DNA of 53,955 bases, the filler included, from an uncultured Acidimicrobiales bacterium (lineage in GTDB: Bacteria; Actinomycetota; Acidimicrobiia; Acidimicrobiales; UBA10347), in NCBI GenBank assembly GCA_943788915.1. It is 3 parts of 3 records of this genome, joined end to end, with 100 filler letters (N's around TTAATTAATTAA, not from the genome) between each part and the next. Parts side by side here need not be neighbours in the genome. Positions count along the whole stretch, not along the records: positions 1 to 24,810 come from CALSSD010000014.1; 2 more parts are not named here. The stretch is one strand, 5' to 3'. The notes beneath the pieces were generated by a model that was given only the letters and a program-made list of their open reading frames with translations, was not told where the DNA came from and searched no databases. This document shows, piece after piece, positions 1-8,947 of this stretch (within the stretch, counting starts at the first letter, position 1; each line of letters begins with the position of its first letter). The translations under genes and the position numbers were made by a program.

Positions 1-491
1 CCAAGTATCCCGACGCACAGGCTGCCTACGAATCGGCGCACAGCCTGTTGCCAACCGTGCAGGCTGGTGTGAACTTCGTGCTCCACGCCGCTGGCTGGCA
101 AGAAGGCGGCCTGGCGATTGGCTATGAGAAGCTCATCCTCGACGCCGACCAACTCGGAGCGATGACCGTGCACGGACGTGGTATCGACATGTCTGAAAAC
201 GGCCAAGCCATGGAGGCCTTCCGTACCAACGAACACGGCCAACACTTTCTGGGCAACGCTCATACGCTCGCCAACTTCGAGTCCGCATTCTGGCGGTCGG
301 AGATGGCCAACAACGACAGCTTCGAGCAGTGGGAAGAAGAAGGAAGCCTGACCTCGGCCCAACGGGCCAACGCCCGTTGGAAACAAATGTTGCTCGAGTA
401 CGAAGCTCCAGCGCTCGACGCGGCAATCGACGAGGAACTCGTTGCCTTTATCAACCAACGAAAAAGCGAAATGCCCGACGCAAGTTACTGA
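1..491 (+). CDS. Trimethylamine/quaternary-amine methyltransferase MttB family protein, C-terminal part (5' end outside window)
   Basis: Frame is open from base 3: KYPDAQAAYES...GVNFVLHAAGWQEGGL...YEK...GQHFLG..HT...FEQW..EG, typical of the MttB C-terminus. Confidence 0.88.
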   Translation, partial: KYPDAQAAYESAHSLLPTVQAGVNFVLHAAGWQEGGLAIGYEKLILDADQLGAMTVHGRGIDMSENGQAMEAFRTNEHGQHFLGNAHTLANFESAFWRSEMANNDSFEQWEEEGSLTSAQRANARWKQMLLEYEAPALDAAIDEELVAFINQRKSEMPDASY

Positions 492-520
492 GCCGACCGA
501 ATAGTGTCGAGAACCATGAC

Positions 521-1540
521 ATGAAGCCTTCGTTCATTCACCCAACAGCAGCGAACTCTTCGGACGACCCCTCCCCGCTGTCGACCGATCAGGTAGCCAG
601 CTGGCAGACACAGGGGTACACCTTGGTCGACGGCTTGTTCCCCGCCTCAGTCGTCAACGAACTCCAGACCGCAGCAAGCGCCCACTTCCCAGCCGCGGGC
701 AGCGAGCAAGCAGCTTCGATTCGCGACTTCGGCAGTGCAGTGAACTTTCCCAGCCAGCTCGCAGGGTTCAACCAGTTGACGTTGCACCCTCGGTTGTTAG
801 GTGCGGTGTCGCAGCTGTTGGGATGCGACGTCTCAGGCCTGCGATTGAGTCAGTCCGATCTGTGGCCCAAGTACGGCCGAGCGTCCACCGACGGCCACTA
901 CGACAATCAGGATCAGCGCATCCATGTCGACTACCCAAACCACACGCTGGTACATCCTTCGCCGTGGAGCCGCCCCGAGGCGGTTGAGATGATCGTGTAC
1001 CTCAGCAATGTCGACGAGTGCGGCGGGTCGACTGCCTTGGTGCCGCGAACTGGCACTGATGATCCGGCCTATCGATGGCCGATCGTGGATACGCCAGGCG
1101 TGAATGATCTGCGTTACATCAATGACCGAACAGCAGCCGAGGAGTACTTCGCCGCAGAACGACCCCACCGCGCTCAATGGCGACAGTCGCTCTACGAGCG
1201 GGAACGGTGGACGCACTATTCCCCCGGCACCGTGGTTTTCTATCGCCACGACGTGTGGCATCGGGGCACACCGTTGGTGCCTGGGACTCGACGACTCGCA
1301 CACAACATCACGTTCCGCCGGGCCGAATGCGAGTGGATCAGCACGCTCCATACCGGCTGGTCATGGGCTATGTATCGCGATGACAAGTTCATGGAACGTC
1401 TGATTGCGTCGGCGTCGCTTGATCAGCGAGCGGTGCTGGGATTCCCCCAGCCTGGATCGAGCTATTGGTGCGACGAAACGATCGAAGCGGTGCAAGCCCG
1501 GTACGGAGCGTTCGGCTTCGACCCCACCCCGTATCGGTAA
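521..1540 (+). CDS. Phytanoyl-CoA dioxygenase (PhyH) family Fe(II)/2-oxoglutarate oxygenase
   Basis: W.TQGYTLV start, HxD (IHVD), distal His (DVWHRG) and R..H motif. ATG at 521 chosen over the ORF-track start at 329, which overlaps the MttB gene. Confidence 0.8.
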   Translation: MKPSFIHPTAANSSDDPSPLSTDQVASWQTQGYTLVDGLFPASVVNELQTAASAHFPAAGSEQAASIRDFGSAVNFPSQLAGFNQLTLHPRLLGAVSQLLGCDVSGLRLSQSDLWPKYGRASTDGHYDNQDQRIHVDYPNHTLVHPSPWSRPEAVEMIVYLSNVDECGGSTALVPRTGTDDPAYRWPIVDTPGVNDLRYINDRTAAEEYFAAERPHRAQWRQSLYERERWTHYSPGTVVFYRHDVWHRGTPLVPGTRRLAHNITFRRAECEWISTLHTGWSWAMYRDDKFMERLIASASLDQRAVLGFPQPGSSYWCDETIEAVQARYGAFGFDPTPYR

Positions 1541-1583
1541 CGCTCTATAACTCCCTGCGACCACCTGAACTAGCGTGACGGCT

Positions 1584-2510
1584 ATGGGAGCAGCGAACGA
1601 TCTTGGTGTGCGACTCGGATTTGCGGGAGGCACCACGCTCACGTCAATCGAGGAAGTGCGAGCTGACGCGTCGTGGGCCTCCCAGGTCGGATTCGACAGT
1701 TATTGGGTGTCGTACCTTGTCGGCGTTGACCCGTTGGTTGCACTGCCCGTTGTTGCAGGCGACGCACCCAACATCGAGCTGGGTACCTCTGTCGTCCCGA
1801 CCGTGGGCCGTCATCCTGTTTCCATGGCTCAACTCGCTCGGTCCGCACAACAAGCCTGCGACGGCCGTTTCACGCTTGGTATTGGGCCGTCACATCAGGT
1901 GGTGGTCGAGGACCGCTACGGCGAACAGTGGGATCATCCACTTGAACGGACACGCGAATACCTCGACGTTCTGCTCCCCTTATGCGCAGGTGAACCTTCG
2001 GCGGCGACAGGCAACCAAATCACTGGACATGTGACGCTCGATATCCCGTGTGAACCAGTGCCGGTGGTGCTCGCCGCACTTGGCCCAAACATGCTCGAAC
2101 TCGCCGGCAGCCTGACGGCAGGAACCCATGTTGGCCAGTGCGGACCTCGCACGATTGCCGAACACACTGCGCCGGCTATCAACGCAGCTGCTGAAGCAGC
2201 CAACCGGCCGGCACCGCGGATCATTTCGCTCGTCAACCTGTGTGTCGGCAATGATCCCAATGGCATTCGAGCGGCAGCTTCGGCTGGTGCTGGTTTCTAC
2301 GCAGCGCTTCCGTCCTACCGAGCCATGCTCGACCGCGAGGGCATCGATGACCCGACCGATCTGATTCTCGCCGGCTCAATGAGTGAGATCGCCGATGGGC
2401 TTGCCAGTTATGTGGCAGCCGGTGCGACAGATCTTCGGCTGGGGATATATGCGCCAGATCAGGAACACGCTCGTGCAACGCGCGATGCGTTGGCAGAATG
2501 GGTGGCGTGA
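1584..2510 (+). CDS. LLM-class (probably F420-dependent) oxidoreductase
   Basis: GFDSYW, IELGTSVVP..RHP..MA..A, GRFTLGIGPSH, LAALGP.ML motifs. TAGCGT -10 lies 7 nt before ATG 1584 (leaderless); GTG 1575 is the alternative start. Confidence 0.88.
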   Translation: MGAANDLGVRLGFAGGTTLTSIEEVRADASWASQVGFDSYWVSYLVGVDPLVALPVVAGDAPNIELGTSVVPTVGRHPVSMAQLARSAQQACDGRFTLGIGPSHQVVVEDRYGEQWDHPLERTREYLDVLLPLCAGEPSAATGNQITGHVTLDIPCEPVPVVLAALGPNMLELAGSLTAGTHVGQCGPRTIAEHTAPAINAAAEAANRPAPRIISLVNLCVGNDPNGIRAAASAGAGFYAALPSYRAMLDREGIDDPTDLILAGSMSEIADGLASYVAAGATDLRLGIYAPDQEHARATRDALAEWVA

Positions 2511-2947
2511 TGGACACATTTATGCAAGCAGCGATCGACGAGGCCAAAGCCGGGCGGGCCGAGGGCGGTATTCCGATCGGAGCCGTGCTGGTCCACGACG
2601 GCAAGATCCTTGGTCAGGGCCACAACCGTCGGGTCCAGATGGGATCAGCGATCCGGCACGGCGAGACCGACGCACTCGAACGGGCTGGCCGTCAACCGGC
2701 GAGCGTGTATCAACAGTCAGTTATGTACACCACGTTGTCGCCGTGTTCGATGTGCACCGGGGCGATCTTGCTCTACGGCATCCCCAAGGTTGTCATCGGC
2801 GAGAACGCAACCTTCTTGGGCGAAGAAGAACTGCTCGCATCCCGAGGTGTCGAGGTCGTGGTACTCAACGATGAGACGTGTATTCAGATGATGAACGACT
2901 TCATCAACGACGAGCCCACCTTGTGGAACGAAGACATTGGGGTCTGA
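2510..2947 (+). CDS. Nucleoside/cytosine deaminase (CDA fold, yeast-FCY1-like)
   Basis: GGIPIGAVL, HGE and PCxxC (PCSMC) zinc motifs. ATG overlaps the upstream TGA. Confidence 0.9.
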   Translation: MDTFMQAAIDEAKAGRAEGGIPIGAVLVHDGKILGQGHNRRVQMGSAIRHGETDALERAGRQPASVYQQSVMYTTLSPCSMCTGAILLYGIPKVVIGENATFLGEEELLASRGVEVVVLNDETCIQMMNDFINDEPTLWNEDIGV

Positions 2948-2953
2948 CAGGAC

Positions 2954-3454
2954 CTAGACCAGTTCGCGCGGCCGAACGAGTTGGACCAGCTCGCATGATC
3001 CTTGGTCGAGTTCGTTCCAGGATGTGTCGAACCGGAAATGAGCGACGGCCGCGGTGGTCATGAGTTTGCCCGAGTCAGACAATGGCACCGGTGACGCCGA
3101 TAGGTGATCGACGAGATCATCAAGCCCAGGGTTGTGGCCGCAGATCAGAGTCAGGCCAGATGGCTGTGATGCCACGAGTTGAAGCCAGGTGAATGCGTCG
3201 GCCAGGTATGCCCGTTGCTCGAACTCGACCTGATGATTGTCGGTGCTGCAGCAGAACACGACGGCCATCGCTGTGGCCCGTGCCCGGGCGGCGGGTGAAC
3301 TGATCACGTGGTCGGGGCACAACTGCTCATCGAGAAGCCAACCTGCCATGCGATCCGCAGCTCGGATACCGCGGTCGTTGAGCGGCCGATCGAAGTCGGC
3401 ATGACCAGCCGTCCAATCGGACTTGGCATGGCGCATCACCAACAACTCGTTCAT
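2954..3454 (-). CDS. SixA-like histidine phosphatase
   Basis: LVMRHAKS, DFDRPL..RG, SSPA.RA..T and CGHNP motifs. ATGA overlap with the upstream gene. Confidence 0.9.
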   Translation of the reverse strand: MNELLVMRHAKSDWTAGHADFDRPLNDRGIRAADRMAGWLLDEQLCPDHVISSPAARARATAMAVVFCCSTDNHQVEFEQRAYLADAFTWLQLVASQPSGLTLICGHNPGLDDLVDHLSASPVPLSDSGKLMTTAAVAHFRFDTSWNELDQGSCELVQLVRPRELV

Positions 3455-4320
3455 GGCTGGATGATGCCTGCGAAGGCTCGCAGCCGCCGGTGCCACGTCT
3501 CGGTCGCGTTCTTGATGCCGATGGGCGCTTCGTCGAGATGGCTGAGCCAATAACGCAGCGCATCACTTCGGGCTTGGAGCCCGATGTCGACCAGCAGTTC
3601 AGAAACCGAGAGTTCAGCCGAGGCTCTATAGGCGCCAAGAAACCAGCGCCTGAACTGGCGGTACTCGTCGCTCGGCTGATTCAACGATGGGCTGGTCTCA
3701 AAAAGCGCCATGAACAGCGTGTTGCCGAGCTCAAACTCAACCGGCCCGTAACCACAGTCGTCGAAGTCCAGAATCCACAACCGGCCCTCGCCATCGAGCA
3801 GCAGGTTCGTCGGCCCAAAATCGCCATGAAGCAGCTGATGATTGTCGTGCAGTCCCTCGACTGGGGTCCCGGTGCGCAACGCACGAACCACGGGCAACTC
3901 GGCCTGCACCAACCGCAGCGACTGATGGAGTCGGGCGAGGGCGCGGCCCATTCGTTCGACATCCGGGCGGTTAGTGACATCAAGGAAACGGCCATCGATC
4001 CGGGGGGACGCGATCGCAAAACAGTGTTCGACCCGGTTCACCATCGCTCCGGCAAGCGGGACGAGTGGAACCACTCGATCGTCGTAGCGGGCGACCTGAT
4101 CTCTTAGCCGTAACCGTGCGATGACATGATCACGGTCGTCCACCGCCCCATCGACGATCTTGATCACCAGGTCATGGGGTGATCTGCCTTGGTGTGAGGT
4201 CGCGAGCCAGACTCGAGACTGGTGGCCACCGCGAAGTTCGCGGTCAAGCGTGATGCCCAGTCGAGCGAACTCGCTATGGCGCGGCATCTCAAAAGGCGGC
4301 CGCTGCGCGTTCTCGTCCAA
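3451..4320 (-). CDS. Aminoglycoside phosphotransferase / homoserine kinase type II family protein
   Basis: LLHGDFGPTNLL (catalytic loop), ILDFDDCGYG and GRALARLH motifs. Confidence 0.85.
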   Translation of the reverse strand: MDENAQRPPFEMPRHSEFARLGITLDRELRGGHQSRVWLATSHQGRSPHDLVIKIVDGAVDDRDHVIARLRLRDQVARYDDRVVPLVPLAGAMVNRVEHCFAIASPRIDGRFLDVTNRPDVERMGRALARLHQSLRLVQAELPVVRALRTGTPVEGLHDNHQLLHGDFGPTNLLLDGEGRLWILDFDDCGYGPVEFELGNTLFMALFETSPSLNQPSDEYRQFRRWFLGAYRASAELSVSELLVDIGLQARSDALRYWLSHLDEAPIGIKNATETWHRRLRAFAGIIQP

Positions 4321-4369
4321 GGAATCGATACCGCATCATTGCATGTTGTGAAGGTCTTCGAAGCGACGG

Positions 4370-5518
4370 CTAGTGCCACATGTCTTCGAAGTTGAACCGG
4401 AAGAATCGATCCTGTGTCGCCTGCGGTAAGTGCGCCACCTCGGTGTCGAAACGGCGTAGTGGATTCCGGCCACCTTCCACATGGGGGAAGTCGGACGAGA
4501 ACATACAAATCTCGGGCCCGGCCTGCTCGATGATCCACCCGGTGGGTTCGGTCGGATAGGGCGTAACCCGTACTTGGCGACGCACATAGTCCGATGGTTG
4601 CAACGACAATTTCTGCAGTCGATCCTCGTGTCGCTCGAAGGCGGTGAACGCTGCGTCGAGTTGGCGCATAAACCCGGGTACCCAGACCGCACCCAATTCA
4701 ATGATGCCGATCTTCAGATTCGGGAACCGCTCAAGCACACCATCGAAGATCAGCATCGACAGTGCCTGCAGCGGCGCCGATGAGATCGCCATGTAGCTGA
4801 CGGACCGGAAGTTCTCGCCCCCTCCATGAAAGTCGGGTTCAGGTGGCAGGCCGTTATTGCGGTGTTGCGGCGGCATAACCAGATCAGGCGTTGCGACATG
4901 CATCGTCACCGGTATTCGCGCCTCTTGGGCCATGGCCCAGACCGGGTCGAATCCCACATGGCTCGGCGCATGATCTCGAGGGCAGCGGTTGGGGATGAGT
5001 AACGCCTTGGCGCCGGCCGCGATGGCCTCGGCAGCGGCGGCCCGCGCCCCTTCGAACGTTTGCAGTGGGATGTAGGCAACGGCGTAGAGGCGTGGATCGA
5101 TATCGCAGAACGCGATGTGCGCGCGATTTGCGGCCGACGCAACTTCGTACGTCAGGCCAGGGTCGTCGCCGTACTCGAGTTCTTCCAGCATGGTGTTGTA
5201 CACCGTCGGGTACACGAGCTGGCTGGCGAACCCCATGTAGTCGAGCGCTGCCACCCGGTCCTCAGGGATGAACGCACCCGTCGCTCGCCAGTTCTTGCGC
5301 AACATGACTTCGGACTCGGCCGACGCTTGGTACTCAGCGTCGGCATGCATCTCGCGAGAACGTTCGATCTCGGTCAGGGTCGCGCTGATATCGCCAATGT
5401 CGAAATGATCGAGTGCGTAGTCCAACACTCGTTGGCTGGCGAATCCTTCGATCCACTCTGGGGTCTCCATGACATGGGCATCGGCATCATGGATTACACG
5501 GTCGGTTACGTAGGCCAT
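4370..5518 (-). CDS. Amidohydrolase_2 family metal-dependent hydrolase/decarboxylase
   Basis: IHDADAH.ME, FDPVWA.AQE...PV.MH, GVLERFP.LK...IELG and FSSDFPH motifs. Start lies 1 nt after the upstream stop. Confidence 0.88.
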   Translation of the reverse strand: MAYVTDRVIHDADAHVMETPEWIEGFASQRVLDYALDHFDIGDISATLTEIERSREMHADAEYQASAESEVMLRKNWRATGAFIPEDRVAALDYMGFASQLVYPTVYNTMLEELEYGDDPGLTYEVASAANRAHIAFCDIDPRLYAVAYIPLQTFEGARAAAAEAIAAGAKALLIPNRCPRDHAPSHVGFDPVWAMAQEARIPVTMHVATPDLVMPPQHRNNGLPPEPDFHGGGENFRSVSYMAISSAPLQALSMLIFDGVLERFPNLKIGIIELGAVWVPGFMRQLDAAFTAFERHEDRLQKLSLQPSDYVRRQVRVTPYPTEPTGWIIEQAGPEICMFSSDFPHVEGGRNPLRRFDTEVAHLPQATQDRFFRFNFEDMWH

Positions 5519-5519
5519 G

Positions 5520-7268
5520 TCATGAGCCTGCCACGTTCGGCACCTCGCAGAGAAGGTCAGGCGAGGGACGGCGGTCGATTCGTTTCGCGGTGTAGTCACC
5601 GTGGGGGCCATCGTTTGCCAGCACGTACGCGTTTGTGCGTGTCGGGTCACCCGCCACAGCGATCATGAACTTCGCCGGCTCCGTCACGATTGGCACCAGC
5701 CGTTCGGGGTCGTCCGACTCCGCGAATACAGCGGGGACAAGACCGTCGGCGACCAGTTCGGTCAGAGGCCTACGACCCATGGTCAGGTTGCTCCACTCGC
5801 CAATCAGCTTCTCGAACCGCCATGCCGGAATACGCGCATGCTCGAACAGACCGGCCTTCACATCGTCCTTCGACCAACCAGCATTGGCAAAAACACGAGC
5901 CAGGATCGGCGACAGAACCAAAAGCGGACGGAACTGGGCGTCGCCCAACCCGTAAACATGGGTCAAGTCCCAACCGGCGGAGCGCGCCACCCCATCGCCG
6001 AGATACGGCAAAATCTCGGTGGGCGTTGACCCGAACACACTGCCGATGATCAGGCCACTGTTGAACCGGGCCATCGTGACCACGTCATCATGTGATTCGA
6101 AGCCAAATTCGGCGCTCACGGCGGGCCAGCCAATGTCGTCGAGTGTTTCGTGATGTTCCGCAAGCACGACTCGGGTGGAGTTGCCGAAGGTCGCCTTGTC
6201 GTGTTCGTCGGCTGTGAACCCGAAGACATTTCGCAGGTACAGCCGCAGCCAGCGCCCGACTGTTGTGTTAGCCAGGGTTCCCTCGCGCAGGGCGCCTTGT
6301 CCCGTGTTGAAGTGCAACTCGTTGACACACGGCCCATTCAGGATCATGAGCGCGTCGGCACCGGTCGTGTTTCCGGAGTGTTCAGCGCCATAGGCATCGT
6401 CGGCCAGGATCTCGGCGACCGCGAGCAACACCGGCAGGTGTTCAGGTCGACACCCTGCCATCACCGCGTTCACGGCGACCGACCAGATGGTCATGTCTCG
6501 GCCTGAGGACTTGGCGATCCCAATGGTTCGCCACGGATCGTGGCCCGACTCGGCGATGAACCCCTGTACCCGCTCGACCGTGGGCGGAATGAACGGCAAC
6601 CCATCGGACCAACCGCGATCGTTGAAGAACTGCGTGACCTCGTCGATGTTGCCCGTTGCCACAACGTCGAGCGCAGCGGGCTCACCCCCAGAACTCTCGG
6701 CCTGTCTGGTTTGTGCTTCGGTCAAGCCAGCCACGATCTGGTCGACGGTGAAGGTCATGAAATTGTCGACCATTAGCGCAGTCGATTGTGCATCGACATG
6801 GCCGACGAGCACACCGAGTCGCATGTCGTCAAGACCGTGGCCGCGCCCGGTAGCGAGCGACTGGCGTTCGAACCCTTCACACACGATCGAGACGGTCGGA
6901 ATTCCGGCTTGTTCAGCAGCGATAGATGCCCGCATCACGGCGGGCGCACAACTACCTCAACATCCGATGCCGCTCACCACGGCATCGACCCGGTGTTCGC
7001 GCAGCGCCGATGGAAGTGCCGCGATCATCTCCCGCTCGTCACCTCCATGGGTGTTTCCGAAGATGTCGTAATCCAGGATCTCAACCGTCGGAAACCGAGC
7101 GGCCAGTTCGTCTGCAAGCAGCGGGAACAGTTCGTCGCCCCGGAACAGGTAATCCCACAGAAAAGCCACCCGTTTACCGTCGAGTGAATCCAGCCGTGGT
7201 GCGAGGTCGACAGCGTGGACACCTCGCGGCGACTTCGGCCAGACAACGTCATAGGTCGGTTCGTTCAT
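5520..7268 (-). CDS. UGSC-family selenoprotein (Sec at codon 104, C-U-G-S-C), fused to a large C-terminal domain of unknown function (GWSDGLP..PPT..RV / NAVMAGC type); 582 aa
   Basis: ORFs 6957-7370 and 5520-6938 share one frame and are separated by a single TGA (6957-6959): ...VVSGIGC-TGA-GSCAPAVMRASIAAEQAGIPTV. A SECIS-like hairpin follows. ATG 7268 is preceded by GAGG. Confidence 0.88.
6928..6945 (-). promoter_or_regulatory. Candidate bacterial SECIS hairpin
   Basis: GCCCGC-CGTGAT-GCGGGC: a 6-bp GC stem starting 12 nt 3' of the UGA, with the apical loop starting at +18 and G followed by U at loop positions 2-3. Confidence 0.7.
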
Positions 7269-7348
7269 GGCCTCTATGTTGCACGATTCGAGACCGCAGT
7301 CGCTTGCGAACCTTCGAACGCTTACGCCTCCATTTAGCATTGGATGCC

Positions 7349-7801
7349 ATGGACGAGATTGATCGCGCAATTCTGCACCACATCCAGGCCGACGGGAGAC
7401 TCCCGAACAACGAACTGGCTGACCTTGTGGGACTGAGCCCCTCGCCGTGTTTACGCCGAGTTCGCAAGCTCGAGGCCGACGGCGTCATCCAAGGGTACGT
7501 CGCAGTACTCGACCGCCAGGCGGTTCAACGCAACTATGAGCCACTGGTGTGGGTCACCTTGAACGAAGTCACACGCGACTCAATGGTCGCATTCGAAGAC
7601 GCGGTACAGCCGGTGCCCGAAATCACCGAGGTCATGCGGATGATGGGCCAGCCCGACTATCTGCTCAGAATCGTGACTGCAGACGCCGATGCCTTCGAAT
7701 CGTTATACATCGACACGCTCGCCAGTCTTCCGCACGTGCACAAGCTGACCTCGCAACTCGCCATGAAGGTGATCAAGCGCACTCTTGCTCTGCCCCTTTA
7801 G
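7349..7801 (+). CDS. Lrp/AsnC family transcriptional regulator
   Basis: MDEIDRAIL..IQADGRL.N.ELA..VGLSPSPCLRRVR.LE..GVI.GY helix-turn-helix. Divergent from the UGSC gene. Confidence 0.93.
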   Translation: MDEIDRAILHHIQADGRLPNNELADLVGLSPSPCLRRVRKLEADGVIQGYVAVLDRQAVQRNYEPLVWVTLNEVTRDSMVAFEDAVQPVPEITEVMRMMGQPDYLLRIVTADADAFESLYIDTLASLPHVHKLTSQLAMKVIKRTLALPL

Positions 7802-7832
7802 GAGCGGTGCGTGCGAAGCGGGTGAGTCGTTG

Positions 7833-8876
7833 TCAGACCGCTGTCTCGTTGTTTACGTCGGCGACGAGTTCAGCAATTTGGGCAAGGCTGGCGACGCGTT
7901 CGTCGAGTGTGTCGCCACTGGGCCCAATTCGTAAGGTGGTGACGCCACAGTCGCGGTACTCGCGCAGCCGCGAACGAATCTCGTCGGGCGGGCCGATCAG
8001 GTTCGTCCGACGCCCGATCTCAGCAGGCACTCGTTTCGCTGCTGCTTCACGGTCACCCGCAAGCCACAACCGTTGCACCTCGGCCACGTCGTCGCCCCAG
8101 CCCTGTCGAGCAAACGCGTTGTTGTAGAAGTTCGACGACACCGAACCCATCGCCCCAAAGGTGAAGGCGAACCCTTCGGCGTGGCGCTGCGCGGCCTCGT
8201 CGACATCGTCGGTGAGCTCGACACCGACCGACACCGTGAGCTCGATGTCGTCGAGTGTGCGACCCGTGCTCGCTGCGCCATCGCGAATGACATCGAAGAA
8301 GACGTCGGCCGTCTCGGTAAAGAACGAGTTACCAATCCACCCATCGGCAACCGCTCCGGTGAGATACAGATTGGCTGGGCCAAGTGATGCCACGAATACC
8401 GGGACGTCGACCGGTGGTACTGCCGACCGCAACGCCTTCCCTTCACCTCCGGGCAACGGCAGTTGATGTACGACGCCGTCGTACTCCAGCCGTTCTCCCT
8501 GAGTGACCATACGCAGAATCTCGATCGTCTCCCGGGTCCGAGTCACCGGCCTGGCGAAATGCACCCCGTGCCAACCTTCGATTACCTGTGGTCCGCTCGC
8601 CCCCAGTCCAAGAACGAACCTGCCGTTGGACAGATGTTGCAAGGTCATGGCCGACATGGCCAACATGGCCGGCGTGCGAGTACCGAGCTGCACGATGCCC
8701 GTACACAGCCGGATTCTGTCGGTCACCACTGCGGCCGCCGCAATCTGCGTGAGTGCGTCGTAACCCCAGTACTCCGGAACCCAGATTGAGTCGACGCCAA
8801 GCCGCTCGGCCTCGATCACGTAGTCGAGGCCTGGCTGATCAACCGGTTGTGCCCATGTACCAAGTCGAAGTGTCAT
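7833..8876 (-). CDS. LLM-class (probably F420-dependent) oxidoreductase
   Basis: AERLGVDSIWVPEYWGYDA, RTPAMLAMSAMTL..LSNGRFVLGLG.SGPQVIEGWHG. RBS GAAAGGA before ATG 8876. Confidence 0.9.
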   Translation of the reverse strand: MTLRLGTWAQPVDQPGLDYVIEAERLGVDSIWVPEYWGYDALTQIAAAAVVTDRIRLCTGIVQLGTRTPAMLAMSAMTLQHLSNGRFVLGLGASGPQVIEGWHGVHFARPVTRTRETIEILRMVTQGERLEYDGVVHQLPLPGGEGKALRSAVPPVDVPVFVASLGPANLYLTGAVADGWIGNSFFTETADVFFDVIRDGAASTGRTLDDIELTVSVGVELTDDVDEAAQRHAEGFAFTFGAMGSVSSNFYNNAFARQGWGDDVAEVQRLWLAGDREAAAKRVPAEIGRRTNLIGPPDEIRSRLREYRDCGVTTLRIGPSGDTLDERVASLAQIAELVADVNNETAV

Positions 8877-8947
8877 GTTCCTTTCATACTCCATGCACAC
8901 GACCGAGTTGTTGACACTCGGTGACAACAACTGGCTTCGACAACTCG

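Noticed and set aside
1..47. Possible pyrrolysine (TAG) in the MttB-family gene
   Set aside because: The Pyl-equivalent position lies just upstream of K..DAQA, outside the window. The visible part has no in-frame TAG and no pyl genes are present
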